This document shows, one piece after another, positions 26,209 to 38,415 of a stretch of DNA of 64,000 bases (position 1 is the stretch's first letter; the number at the start of each line of letters is the position of its first letter). The translations under genes and the position numbers were made by a program. The notes beneath the pieces were generated by a model. That model made no database searches, was not told where the DNA came from, and saw only the letters and a list, made by a program, of their open reading frames with translations. This stretch comes from Podarcis vaucheri (taxonomy: Eukaryota): the NCBI GenBank assembly GCA_965113315.1, contig OZ220374.1. One strand, 5' to 3'.

Positions 26209-26394
26209 AATGGTGATCTCGGTGGGTGCTCCAGTTTGATATATGTCATAGGGTGATCCTTAACCTTGATGAACCCTGCCAAAGAATCAACCAGCAGATG
26301 GGTTGATGCAAGATTATTTGGCAGAGTTCACCAAGGTTAAGGATCACCCTATGACATATCTCAAATTGGGGCAGCCCCCCCTTAGATCACCATT
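26209..26394. repeat. Long inverted repeat (arms of about 80 bp, spacer of about 23 nt)
   Basis: ATATGTCATAGGGTGATCCTTAACCTTG is mirrored by CAAGGTTAAGGATCACCCTATGACATAT; the arms extend to AATGGTGATCT / AGATCACCATT. Confidence 0.9.
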
Positions 26395-27015
26395 TTGGGG
26401 GGATCTATGGCCCATCAGCTGCAGTCTGACAGAAGCACTTTCCCCTGGATCCCTTTAATGGAGTACCCTGATTCCTTCGAGAGGATATCATATGTAATTG
26501 GCTTCCTGATGTCTGGGTCTGGAGGGGTGGTGGTGCCTATGGCAGCCCTCCAGCAGCTTGCATACATGGAAGTAATAACAGGGGTTGGGAAACTGGAGCA
26601 ATTTCCAAAAGAATGTGGTTGCGGCTACATGCAAGGGCATGGTCTTGGCAGCTAACCCCCATTCTTTATGGGACATCTTCCTCCCATTCATGAGAGAGAT
26701 GCGAGCCCACCCCAAACTGTGACCTAAAGGCTTCACAAAAATTCCATGTCCTAGAGTATGCTCGGAATGTGGAAGGAATAACAGGATTGTAATACTCTCT
26801 GCATCACAGTGTGCCTCCAAGTGCTCACAGGATCTCGGGAAAGGGCTCTGGCTGAGCCCCGGGTGCCAGAGCTTGAAAGTGATCATTCTGAAATCAAGGC
26901 CGAGCTTATGCTCTGCTGTCACTGAAACAAAACTGGCTGAAAAGAATATGCTAGCCTGCAAATACTGGAGCGTCAACTGAAACCGAGGCCTGAGTGTGGC
27001 TGGCTTTTACAGCTA
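26300..27015 (-). mobile_element. Degenerate DIRS/Ngaro-type tyrosine-recombinase retrotransposon fragment (RNase H end and recombinase N-terminus)
   Basis: Frameshifted minus-strand peptides occur in the expected order: LTLQYLQASIFFSASFV and FQNDHFQALAPGAQPEPFPE (RNase H C-terminus), then PSTFRAYSRTW and GLAAKTMPLHVAATTFFWKLLQFPNPCYYFHVCKLLEG (recombinase N-terminal domain). Recognised from memory of family motifs. Confidence 0.65.
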
Positions 27016-28094
27016 GGGAGTGGACCAGAGGGAAAAAGTTCTCCTTCTGGTCCTAGCATGGCTGGTGGAGAAGGCTGCACCAAAGTTGGAAGGTCACCTA
27101 CTTGCCATAGGCTGTGTCAGCCCACAACTGGCAGTAAACATCCACTATTTCTTTAAAGTCACTATGATCTAATATTTATATTAATCCTGGAGAAGGGAGG
27201 GATGATTATGAGCTACGTATTTGCAAATATGCTTCCTCTAGAAAAAAAAACACCTCCTGAAATTAATTATGGCGGGAGAAACATTATTTTTAGAAGTGAC
27301 AAATCATTAGTGTACTTAATTATATACTTGATGATTGTGAATTTTAGTCCAGAAATTGGATTTAAGTTCATACATCTGTTAATGGGCATTTAATCAACAT
27401 GCAGTTCATGTTGGGTTTTGACAGGGTCCTAAAGTCCTCCTGTCTCCTTCCCAAAGCCTAATTGGTGCTTTCCCAGCTTTGGGAGAGCTTTGGGATCCTG
27501 CCAGAGCCTCCTGCCCAGTGCCTCCCTTAGCTGACTTTGGGAAGGCAGCACAAAGACTGAGGGGGCATCAGATTTTGGCCTTGCTCACCCTACGTGTGAC
27601 GAGGCAGTGTGCAGCCCATGGGTTCCATGTTGAAATACTCTTGCGGCCCACTTGATATGAAAAAGTTGGACCTCCCTGGGTTAGATGGCTGAGTAATATC
27701 CCAGCAAGACCCAGTATCCCACTCTTGACTGACTCATACACCATGGCAGCCATACTTCATCCAACCTGGGCATCTTGAGGGGCTTCCCCTCCTTTTACCT
27801 TCCACTCAGAGCTTGATAAAACTGTCAAGGGGCAGCAGTCTTGAGTTCTGGTAGCACTAAAGTCTCTACCTTGTAAGATTTCCATCCTGAGGCTAGATGA
27901 AGCCAGATTGTATTAAGGCGAGGGAAAAGATCCCTATGTACCAGCCTAACAACCAAGAAACAGGATTTTTATGTATTTTATTGAATGGTCTCATCTCAAT
28001 AAGGAAAGAGACATATGGGGTTGCTGATCAGTGTCTTAGCACCATGGACAGCGATTAGACAACAGCAGGGGTTGTCTATGGCATTATTAATTAA

Positions 28095-28630
28095 ATTAAT
28101 TAAATTTATATACTGGCCTTCATCCAAGGATCACAGGGTAGTTTACAATATTAAACCACACAAATACATAACATAGTAACAAACAAAAACGAATACCCCC
28201 ACCGGTTTTAAAGGCCAGATATTGTTCACTTAGCCAAAGGCCTAGGAGAAGAGGGATGTTTTGCCTGGTGCCTAAAGATACATAACGAACATAATGATGA
28301 ATGCTCCAGGTGAGCCTCCCTGGGGAGAGCCTTCCACAAGCTGGGAGCCACCACAAAAAGGCCCACTCTCATGTTGCCACCTTCCATACCTCTTGTGGAG
28401 GAGGCACACAAAGAAGGGCCTCAGATGATGATTGCAGGGTCTGGGTTGGTTCATATGGGGTATGGATATCATCACCTGTTGGATGGCTTACCACCTGTTG
28501 TGGAGCTTACTACAATACAGGAGCTTCCCTGGGAAAAGGAGGTGGCCATAAGGTGCAACTCCATCCATCTTGGTGTATATTTCATGGTGTGCCTCATGTT
28601 GTGTTGGCAGGTGGGAGCTTCTACCATAAA
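28095..28630 (-). mobile_element. Old L2-clade LINE 3' fragment
   Basis: The reverse complement gives FVVAPSLWKALP; the 3' UTR-like end resembles the other L2 copies. Heavily decayed. Confidence 0.55.
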
Positions 28631-29333
28631 TATATAGACCCTCAATGGTTGTATTTTCAGTACTGGTTTGGACCCTCAAATATTTTTATAACTTGGCACA
28701 AGTAAGCCATAATGCAGCAGGTGGCCTAGTTTTGTCAATGTTGTGCAATTGCTTTCCATGTTACTATGATATCTGAGAGCAAAATAGAACCTTTTATCAA
28801 TGTTCTGTAGTACATTTTAATCAGCTTCTAGAACAGTGTTTAGCTTTCTTAATTTTGTTTAACAAGGCTCTTCATGTCAGAGTGCTTACATTTTTATTTC
28901 TAAAAGCACGGTACAGACTTTTTAAATTGGGATGGCAGATATGTGAAACACTAATCACAGTTAACGAGAATTGCAGAGCATGTAAATAAAAGTGTTTTCC
29001 ATTTAGACATCTTGATTGCAGATTCCATAAGCCTATTTTGCAGCCTTAAGAATATCTGCGGCAAATGTTTATTTATTTATTTAAGCATCCCATTCATCAG
29101 TCCCCAAGAACAATCAATTTCCCCTCAAAATAAAAACAGATTAAACATCACAATTCCAGTGAAGCAGGAATCAATAAAGCTGCAAATAAAAGAACTCTAA
29201 AAACAAAACAATCATCCTGAAACAGAGAACTAGAGAGTAAAGCATTACAATAATCAATTAATAAAGAAAGCCAAAGGGATAAATTCCATAGAACTAAACC
29301 ACTGTGTTAAAACCACAGTATAATGAACATCAT

Positions 29334-29334
<1 letters not shown>

Positions 29335-29366
<32 letters not shown>
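29335..29366 (+). repeat. (GA)n microsatellite
   Basis: Read directly. Confidence 0.95.
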
Positions 29367-29368
<2 letters not shown>

Positions 29369-30013
29369 AGTTTACATATTTTAAAGAAGTCAGGGAAAAC
29401 AAAATGGGGTTTGCCTGATGCTGAAAATACATTTAGGTAGGTGCCAGACTGGACTGTTGGGGGGGGGGGGAAAGCTAATCACTCTATGACCAAGAGGGCA
29501 GTGTTTGTGTCTGTTTAAGTAATCAGAGGCTTGGTAGGTGCATGCAAAAGATTTCAAGGGCAGTTTGGTGCCCATAGGTACCACATTGGTAACCCCAAGA
29601 TTCCCTGCAGCTTCCTAGAGACTGAACTAGGTGGCCTGCAAGATTCCTTACTCTCCAATGCTGCTTCCCAGAGTTAGCTCCACTGAAGCTAATAAGCCTT
29701 TCTTCTGAACAGACATTAGGATTGCACTGGTTATGGAGAACAAGGCTCTCAACTGCTACTAGTCACAATGGCTATATGTTCTTCCTCCACTGCCAGGGAC
29801 ATTAGGCTTCTGAATGCCAGTCTGCTGGGAACTGCGAGTGGGCAGAGCACTCTAGGGTTCACATCCTGCCTGCTAGGGTTGATCTACTATGAAACGAAGA
29901 TTAAGCTTCAGGGCCCCTAATCCTGGAGGAGCCCCAGAAGCAAATTTAGTCCATGATGGGTCTGGTTGACCCAATTTGAGTCGCATGACTCACATGGATT
30001 TTTGTGGTTGCCT

Positions 30014-30298
30014 AAGGTCGGCAGTTCGAATCCCCACGACAGGGTGAGCTCCCATTGCTCAGTCCCCGCTCCTGCCAACCTAGCAGTTCGAAAGCACACC
30101 AGTGCAAGTAGATAAATAGGTACCCCTCCAGCGGGAAGGTAAGCGGCGTTTCCGTGCACTACTCTGGTTCACCAGAAGCGGCTTAGTCATGCTGGCCACA
30201 TGACCCGGAAGCTGTACGCCGGCTTCCTCAGCCAGTAAAGCGAGATGAGCGCCGGAACCCCAGAGTTGGTCACAATTGGACCTAATGGTCAGGGGTCC
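30014..30298 (+). mobile_element. Sauria SINE truncated at the 5' end and lacking its tail, fused to the Rex1 LINE
   Basis: The body matches 22020-22305 and ends at GGTCAGGGGTCC with no ACCTTT tail. Confidence 0.9.
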
Positions 30299-31866
30299 AG
30301 AATGTAGTAGTCTCTGTGGAAAAAGAAGAGATGAGGAAGGTGTTGAAGGAAATCAACCCAAGGAAGGCCACAGGGCCAGATAGGGTAGCTGGAAGGGTAT
30401 TGAGAGACTGTGCAGATCAACTAGCAGGAGTTTTCACTGGGATCTTAAATCGATCCCTAGCCCAGGCTATTGTTCCATCCTGCCTAAAGTTCTCTACTAT
30501 CGTTCCAATAGCAAAAAAATCTAACCCGGAAGATCTGAATGACTTTTGTCCAGTAGCACTCACACCTATAATCATGAAGTGCTTTGAAAAGCTGGTACGA
30601 AATTATGTCATTGCCTGCCTACCGGAGGGACTGGACACATTCCGATTTGCTTATAAAATGAAAAGATCGACAGAGGACGCTGTGGCGATTGCCCTCCATG
30701 CCGTTCTTGCACATTTGGAGCAGCGGGGGGGGGGGGGGTATGCCAGACTGCTTTTTTTTTAGATTTCAGCTCGGCATATAATACCATTCTACCACAACGT
30801 CTGATGTCTAAACTGGAAGATCTGGGGCTTCCGTTATCACTTTGTGGGTGGATATTGGACTTCTTGTCAGACCGCCCCCAGAGGGTTCGGTTGGGCCCTT
30901 ATACCTCTAGTATGCTTAAGACTAACACAGGAACACCACAGGGATGCGTACTCAGTCCGCTCCTTTATATTCTCTACACGTACGATTGTGTCGCTGCTCA
31001 CCCTAGTAATAGGGTTGTCAAATTTGCAGATGACACAACCGTGATTGGGCTCATCTCTGAAAGGGAGGGTGAAACGGACTATAGAGATGAGGTGGAGCGG
31101 CTGACAGAGTGGTGCAGAGCTAACAACTTGCTCATAAATACACGGAAGACAAAGGAGCTTGTGGTGGGCTTCAGGAGACAGAAGAGCAATGTCCAGCCAC
31201 TTTTGATTGATGGGGTCTGTGTGGAGAGGGTAACAACGTTCAGATTTTTGGGCATTGAATTACAAGAGGATCTGTCCTGGAGTGTCAACACAAGGGGGCT
31301 TGTGAAGAAGGCACAGCAGAGACTGTACTTTTTGAGAATTCTAAGGAAAAACCATCTTCCGCAGAAACTGCTGCTTGCCTTCTATCACTGTGCCATTGAG
31401 AGCGTGCTCACTTATGGCTTATGTGTGTGGTACGGAAGCTGTACTACCCAGGACAGGTTGGGGTTGTGCAGAGTTGTTAAGGCAGCAGAGAGCATTGTTG
31501 GCTGCCCACTCTCCACCTTAGAGCAGATTTATGCCACAAGGTGCCATAGGAAGGCACTGGACATAGTAAAAGATCCATCGCATCCTGGTCACTGTCTCTT
31601 CGAGCTCCTGCCGTCGGGACGGAGATACAGGATGATGAAGACAAGAACGAGCCATCTTAAGAACAGCTTCTTCTCCAGAGCGATCTCGGCCCTGAATGGG
31701 AAGCCCGGACTTTGAAAGTCATCTAATCTTCCTTGCTGTATTATACTGTATTGTTTTAATTAGTGTTTTTATAGTTGTTTTGATTTTGTGTGGAGTGCCC
31801 TACCTGGGTGGATGGAGCAGCCAAGTAATTTCGTTGTCCCCGAGAGGGGGCAATGACAATAAAGAT

Positions 31867-31900
<34 letters not shown>
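30299..31900 (+). mobile_element. 5'-truncated Rex1/Babar-clade LINE with a nearly intact RT domain
   Basis: ORFs 30316..30762 and 30804..31715 contain [66 protein letters not shown] and LLPSGRRYR; (GTT)n tail at 31867-31900. Confidence 0.9.
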
Positions 31901-31901
<1 letters not shown>

Positions 31902-32063
31902 CTGAGAGTCAGCAGCAGAGAAGTTGCAAAGTGTGGTGATCTATCATGGAACAACCCCATTGAAGAAAGGCTTACCCAGACCTCCTTGCTGGTTGCAAAT
32001 GGGGGGGGCATAACAGTTCAACCCCCCCCCATGTAGGTCTGCTACTGTGCCCTGCTTCCCACA

Positions 32064-32223
32064 CAAGGGTGCCAACTTGAATAAAATATTGGAGGGGGGA
32101 GGCACACCCTGTCCCACATAATCACGTGACACAACACACACACCCCTCTATTTGAATGCCCATCAACTCAAATATTGGAGAGGGGAGCAAATGGACCTCG
32201 GCCCCTAGGAGTTGGCTCATATG
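32064..32223. mobile_element. hAT MITE inserted at the 5' edge of the DGKB CpG island
   Basis: Ends CAAGGGTGCCAACT / AGTTGGCTCATATG; identical 8-bp TSD TTCCCACA at 32056-32063 and 32224-32231. Confidence 0.85.
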
Positions 32224-32229
32224 TTCCCA

Positions 32230-32915
32230 CAGGAGCAGGCGAACAGGACGCCGGCCTAGACGGCTCCAGACGATTCCATCATCTCCAGGTGAGGAGGCTG
32301 CGGCGAGCGCGCGGCGTTTCCTCGCAGCACCTGGCGGAGCAGCAGCAGCAGCAGCAGCAGCAGCGACCATTCGGCGCCTGCCGCCTCCGCCGCCCCGCAG
32401 CCGGCAGCCCCTTACGCGCCGCCCCCGGGAGACCCGGCGGCCACACGGCGCGGGAGACTCCGGGGCCCGCGTCGTCAGCCCTGCTCCGCCGCCTCCGTGT
32501 CCTCGCGAGGGAGCTGGCGGGCGCGCGGGCGCGGGCACACACACACTCTCTCTCGCTGCCCGGAGGGAAAGCGCCTCATAAGGAGCCGAGGCAGCGGGGC
32601 GAGGGGAGGAGAGCTCGCCGCGGCTGGCGGCCAACAGGTAAGGAAGGCAGTGGCGGCTGCGTTTGGGCGCGCCGGGCTGAGCGAGGAGAGGCGCCCGCTT
32701 GGCTGTCCCCCAGCCCGGCTGCCCCCCAGCGAGGGGGAGGCTGCGGCGGGGCGTCCTGCTCCCTGGGCGAGGGCAGCCTGTGGCGCTGCCCCGCACTGGA
32801 GGCTTCCTGCGTCGAGGCGAGCAAGTAGGGCTTGGGGTGCAGATACGTGTATGTATGTATGTGTTTGTTTGTGTGAGAGGGTCCGGGTGCGCGCGCGCTA
32901 TGGGCGCGCGAGACT
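32230..32915 (+). promoter_or_regulatory. DGKB: CpG island: probable DGKB promoter and non-coding first exon, ending at donor CAG|GTAAGG (exon end 32637)
   Basis: Dense CpG/GC sequence not bounded by TIRs or TSDs, a strong splice donor at 32638, (AGC)9, and sense orientation to the DGKB coding exon. The TSS cannot be located from sequence; the link to DGKB is inferred. Confidence 0.75.
32338..32364 (+). repeat. (AGC)9 trinucleotide repeat in the DGKB CpG island
   Basis: Counted directly. Confidence 0.95.
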
Positions 32916-34079
32916 CTGCTGCTGCAAAGCCGGAGCTTGGATGCTTGCTGTGTTTCTGCCTAGTTGGTATTATCTCCTGTCTTCGCCACCCCAAAATCAT
33001 AACCCGTGCTATCCTGTAATTGAAATGCATGCAATATCCTCGGTCTGCATTGCACCTGCAGCAAGTTAGCAAAATCCCTGCCTGGGTGGCTGGATCGATT
33101 GCAGCGTCGGGAGGCTTGGGGGCAGCCTTTATTTATCCCTCTGTTTGTATGCGTGGCTGTTTGTTCGGCTTCTGTTTTTCCCCTTCTTCAGTGTATGCAT
33201 GTAAACATGCCAAGGGAACCTTAGGAAGAAAGTTGTGGCGAGCAGCCTTGATGCTCTTCCATTCATATCTTCCTAACTTCTGCCTTTTTTCCCCCAGCTC
33301 AGTGAGTCTACTCTAAATTTATCTGTGACGTTGGGGTGATGTCATACGTGTCATGTTGGTTTATGCTGGGTTTATATATGCTGCCTTGGTGATACAAGCA
33401 ATTTTTTAAATATAAAAAACGTGTTTTGTCTGCAGACAGAAAGTTCTGCAGTGGCTGGTCACTAGAAACTTTACTTCATTTAAGGTGGCAGATTCTCCCC
33501 ATCCAAATGACTTGGGGAAATGTGATGCTTGCTCGAAGCTATATGGCTGCTGTATACAGTCCTATGCCAAAGCGAGCCTCACTGGGTTCAGTGGAGCTTA
33601 TTCCTAGTGCATAGCACTGGAGTCTAGCATTACAATCTGCACAATTCAACTTTGATTGTACATTTTCCAGAGGACCTAGGCTATTGGGTGACTAAGAAAT
33701 ATATTAAAAAAATGAGAATTGGTCTGCAGCCCTATACATACTAATCTAGGAACATGTATGAACTCATTGGGACTTTCAGTGTGAATCAGAAGTATATCAA
33801 TTTATGGACAATTTGTGTTTTGTGCTAGTAAAAAATAAAAAAATGAAGGGTCCTTATTTAAATTGTTGGTTTCTGAAAGGTGATGCACCTGCTAGGCTTT
33901 CTTTGCACTGTTAAAATTCTGCAATGTTGAATTCTGTTTTGGTTTTTAAGTGTTCTTGCAACACTAAGAAAACAAACAATGGGTTTGAATTCACACTAAT
34001 GCTTTAATCTTGACCGCATTTATCTGAGGGTAAGCCCCACTGAATTCATTTGGTGAGCATGCTTTAGGCTCCACTGTAA

Positions 34080-34435
34080 AAGGTAAAGGTAAAGGGACCC
34101 CTGAGCATTAGGTCCAGTCGTGACCGAAACTGGGGTTGCGGTGCTCATCTCACTTTATTGGCTGAGGGAGCCAGCGTACAGCTTCCGGGTCATGTGGCCA
34201 GCATGACTAAGCCGCTTCTAGAGAACCAGAGCAGCGTACGGAAACGCCGTTTACCTTCCCGCCGGAGCGGTACCTATTTATCTACTTGCACTTTGACGTG
34301 CTTTCGAACTGCTAGGTTGGCAGAAGCAGGGACCGAACAACGGGAGCTCACCCCGTCACAGGGATTCGAACCGCCGACCTTCTGATTGGCAAGTCCTAGG
34401 CTCTGTGGTTTACCCCACAGCGCCACCCGTGTCCC
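34080..34435 (-). mobile_element. Full-length Sauria SINE
   Basis: TSD AGGCTCCACTGTAA at 34066-34079 and 34439-34452. Confidence 0.95.
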
Positions 34436-36062
34436 TCCAGGCTCCACTGTAAGTAGTCCTATTTGGGGCCCTGTTGACAGTGAGACCTAAGCCCAACAGA
34501 CGTAGAGTTTATAGGGCTTATTGTAGTTTTCAGTGTGATTCTATCAGTATTTGCTTTGAAGTAAGTCCTGTGGATTTCACTCAAGCTTATTTCCAAAAAA
34601 GTGTACCTGCAACTGCTGACCAGGTCTGGTTTTGACTTAATATTTCAGTCATCTTTTAAGTAGAAGTTACCTATGAAAACATGCCATTGGAATGTATTCT
34701 GAAGCCATGAAGCAGAGGACAGTGCTGTTTCTGAAGGGCATCACAGAAACAGATTTTCTGCTCATGGGTTCTGGACTGCACTGGTTTTAAGCAACTGGTG
34801 TTTCTTCTCCTGCCTCCTGTGCACCCCTCCCACACAACTCCACAGTGGTGAAATGTGGATGCCTTGATTCCTTCCTTTCTGATGTCTCTGATTACCGCCT
34901 TTTTTTGGGGGGGGGAAGGGATAGTTTAGAGGCCCTCTTCTCCATCCAACTGAAAAGATGATAAATGTTGTAAAGCAACTGATTAAAAATATCTTCCACA
35001 TCAACTAGATTAAGAACATAGGAACTAGCTTATACAAATCACTGGTCCATGTCCATCTAACTCATTACAGTAGAAAATGACTTGCAGTGGCTCTCCGAGA
35101 TTTTGGATAAGGTCTCTAAGCTGTACCTGGAGAAGCCAGGGGCTGGACCGGGGAACTTTTGCATGCAAAGCAGATGTTCTACCACCAAGCTATGGCCCTA
35201 AAAGAATTAGGTGGGCATTTATCAGTATCTTAAATTCTTGTTTAATTACATTTTGTAAAAATGTGATTTTAGAGATAGTAAACCCACCTCACAGTGGCCT
35301 CAGTTGTGTGTTTTAAAATCAATATCTGCCCAGTGTGAGCTTAGAATCATAGAATTGTAGAAGTGGAAGGGATCCCAAGGGTCATCTAGTCCAACCCCCT
35401 GCAAATAGCCATGCGCTTTGGATTTTGTGAAATGCCAACTCTGAAATTCTGGTGTGCCTAGCCCTCCCAAAATAGCATATGTAAACTGACAGCACCCCTG
35501 AGCAATATTTCTATTCTTTAAAAATATTTCTGAGCTTCATAGCTTCATACTCCAAGCACAGGTAATTAAAATGAGGTGCTTTTAACTTTCCGTAGCCAGT
35601 ATGGAACATATTGTGATAACTCTGTGTGATGCTTAGTTTCTCTTTAAATTGTCTGAAGATTTTATAATTGTGTGCTGTGTTAAACACATGTGCTCCAAGT
35701 TAGTAACATACAAGTTTTTAATACAGCTGTGTTTAGCAGCTATTTATTTCTGTGTCATGTTGTTTTAATTAATGCAAATCGGCACACTGTGGTGAAAGGC
35801 ATCAATATTTCCATAGTCAGGTCACATGAACCAATGCATGTGAAGATTTTTACGCTCTTAGTTCATGCATATAGTGCGTTCATTCCCTGATAGAAGCGTG
35901 TACTGAAATTGCCTAGTCAGAAGCAACTAAACTGTAGCATTTACCAATAATGGCTAACATTGTACAACTCTTACATCACAAGCCTAGGAATGTCTACACT
36001 GAAGTAAGCTCTGCTGAGTTCAATGGGGCTTACCCCCAGGAAAGTTTGCATCAGATTGTACT

Positions 36063-36309
36063 GAGAGCCAGTGTGGTGTAGTGGTTAAGAGCGGTAGACT
36101 CGTAATCTGGTGAACCGGGTTCGTGTCTCTGTTCCTCCACATGCAGCTGCTGGGTGACCTTGGGCTAGTCACACTTCTTTGAAGTCTCTCAGCCCCACTC
36201 ACCTCACAGAGTGTTTGTTGTAGGGGAGGAAGGGAAAGGAGAATGTTAGCCGCTTTGAGACTCCTTCGGGTAAAGCGGGATATCAAATTCAAACTCCTCT
36301 TCTTCTTCT
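36063..36309 (+). mobile_element. Squam3-like tRNA SINE
   Basis: GAGAGCCAGTGTGGTGTAGTGG head, GGGTTCG B box and (CTT)n tail. Confidence 0.85.
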
Positions 36310-36409
36310 ACTACTGTAGCCTTTAAAATGCAGCCTTCAGCAATATTTTCTGCATATGTTGTCTGAAACAATGGCAGCATCCCAGTATGGCCCCTGAACT
36401 CTCCTAAGG

Positions 36410-37450
36410 ATATAAAAACAGCCATACTGGCGCAGACCAGTCAGTCATATAGTTCAGCATCCTGTTTCTCAAACACCCTGTTCCAGCTCTGCCCCAAAAG
36501 CAGGATACCAGGACAATTTCACTCTCCTGCTGTTCCCCAACAAGTGGTATTCAAAGGCTTACTCCCTCTGATCCTGGAGGTAGTATATAGTCATCCTTAC
36601 TGGTATCCAATGATACCATTATCATCCATAATGTTTTCTAATTACTTTTTAAAGCCAACTAGGTTAAGTATGAATCATAAGGCTTGACGGGACCACGAGG
36701 ATCATCTAATCCAACCTCCCTGCAGTGTAGGAATCTTTCACCCAATGTGAGGCTCTGTGGTTGATGGCCATCATCATATCTTGTGGTACTAAACTCCATA
36801 GTTGAACTATGCATTGTGTACACGGTATTTCATTTTGTCTGTCCAGCAATTACAGATTCACTGGTTGACCATGGGTTCTTGTGTTAAGAGAGAGCTATAA
36901 TTTTCTCTCTCTATTTGCTGGCTCCACACCCTGCATAATTCTATTCTTGTTGTTTCCTCCACCCCATTTGCTTGCCTTTTTTTTCTCAGCTCCAAACGTA
37001 ACCATGCCCTTTGGAGAGTTATTTGGTCCTCTAATCACTTTTGGTTGCCCTTTTCTGCCCTTTTCCCAGCTCTACATTCTTTTGAAATGCAATGTCCAGA
37101 ACACAATACACTGACTGTGGTCCCAGCATAGATTTGTTGGCCCTTTCCTAATTCTCCCCAGTACGAAATTCACCTTTTTTCACAGCAGTTGCACACAGGG
37201 TTGGCATTTTTATTGTGCCCGTAAGATGTCTTTCCCGGTTGCTTACAGCAAGCTCAGATCCTATCTATATATATGTAGAGTTTGGATTTTTATTTTTATT
37301 TTTTTTGCCTCCGGTTTCTCCATTGGCTACTCGGAACAGCATTTGCTGTTTTAATGCCATTCACCCAATTTGGAAATAACCTTCTGAAGCTGCTCATAAT
37401 CTCTTTCTATTTTCACCACCCTAAATAATTTGGGCTGTGTATGCATTAAC
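36410..37450 (-). mobile_element. Old, decayed CR1-type LINE interrupted by a short SINE fragment (about 36670-36755)
   Basis: TTCACCACCCTAAATAATTTGG (reverse complement similar to TKLFRVVK), GTCCAGAAC..AATAC (similar to YCVQFW), and a CR1-like 3' UTR. Confidence 0.55.
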
Positions 37451-38415
37451 ATTTACTCTGCCTCCAGTGTGCTCCCACCACTAGTCTTTGAAGCTGTGTA
37501 TACAGAGCTGGCCTGCCTACGAGGCAGAGTGAAGCAGCTGCCTCAGGCGGCAGAAACACAAGAGGCAGCGCCCCGTCCGTCCCACCACTTTTGCCAGGGG
37601 CGGAACACTCTTTGGGAGCGCTGCTTTGCTGTTCATATTCTCTCTCCCCCCCCCCCCATTCTGCGTCAAAGCACTGCAGAATACTTCCCCAGGGGGTGTG
37701 CTCTGGCATGCAGCCTAAATGGGGTCAGGGCTTGGGGAGCAGGTAGCAGCACATTCAAGTAGTGAAGGAGGATGGGCTGCTTCTGTATGTACACATACAT
37801 GAAATATCCTGTTGTTTCCTGAGAAATACTCCTGTTTGATGCATATCCCCTCAAAACAGTTTCCATCCCATTTTAAAATGTATGCCACCTTCACTTCGTA
37901 GTTAACCTGAAGTGTGTACATTTGAGAGATCCATTGCACATGTGCAGATGATGGTGAATGGACAGGCAGCCTCATAAATCTCTCTCTCTCTGTGTTGCTG
38001 GTACAGTGAAACCAAAAGGGTAATAATATGCACTGGGTGAAGACATCCCTGCCTCCTCTCTGGTTTGTACAGCAATGTGCAACAGCGGTTTGAAGTGCAG
38101 CAGGGAAAAGCAACCTTGCTGTTTTTCAAGCTGCTAATGTGTACCTAGCCTTAGTGTCATTAGTAAGCTTGACCCATCTCTGTGCTCCGATCTCATCTCA
38201 TTTACAAAAAAAGTTTGGGAAAGCCAGGGGGTATTCAGAGACAGTTTGTGAAATGGCATGAGGCTGTGCTGCTTAAATCAAAATTCCACTGGGCACACCC
38301 AAGTTTTTGGGCATGCTTGAGGTATATATTTTTACAAAGGTTGCATGCTACCCCCTAATCTCTGCCGAGTGGTGCATGTGATTCCAGGGGGTTCCAGGTG
38401 CTCACATAGGGGCTG

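Noticed and set aside
32122-33072. 316-aa and other ORFs (poly-Ala/poly-Gln) over the DGKB CpG island
   Set aside because: GC-content artefacts that cross a MITE and a splice donor; the DGKB protein starts at 63400.
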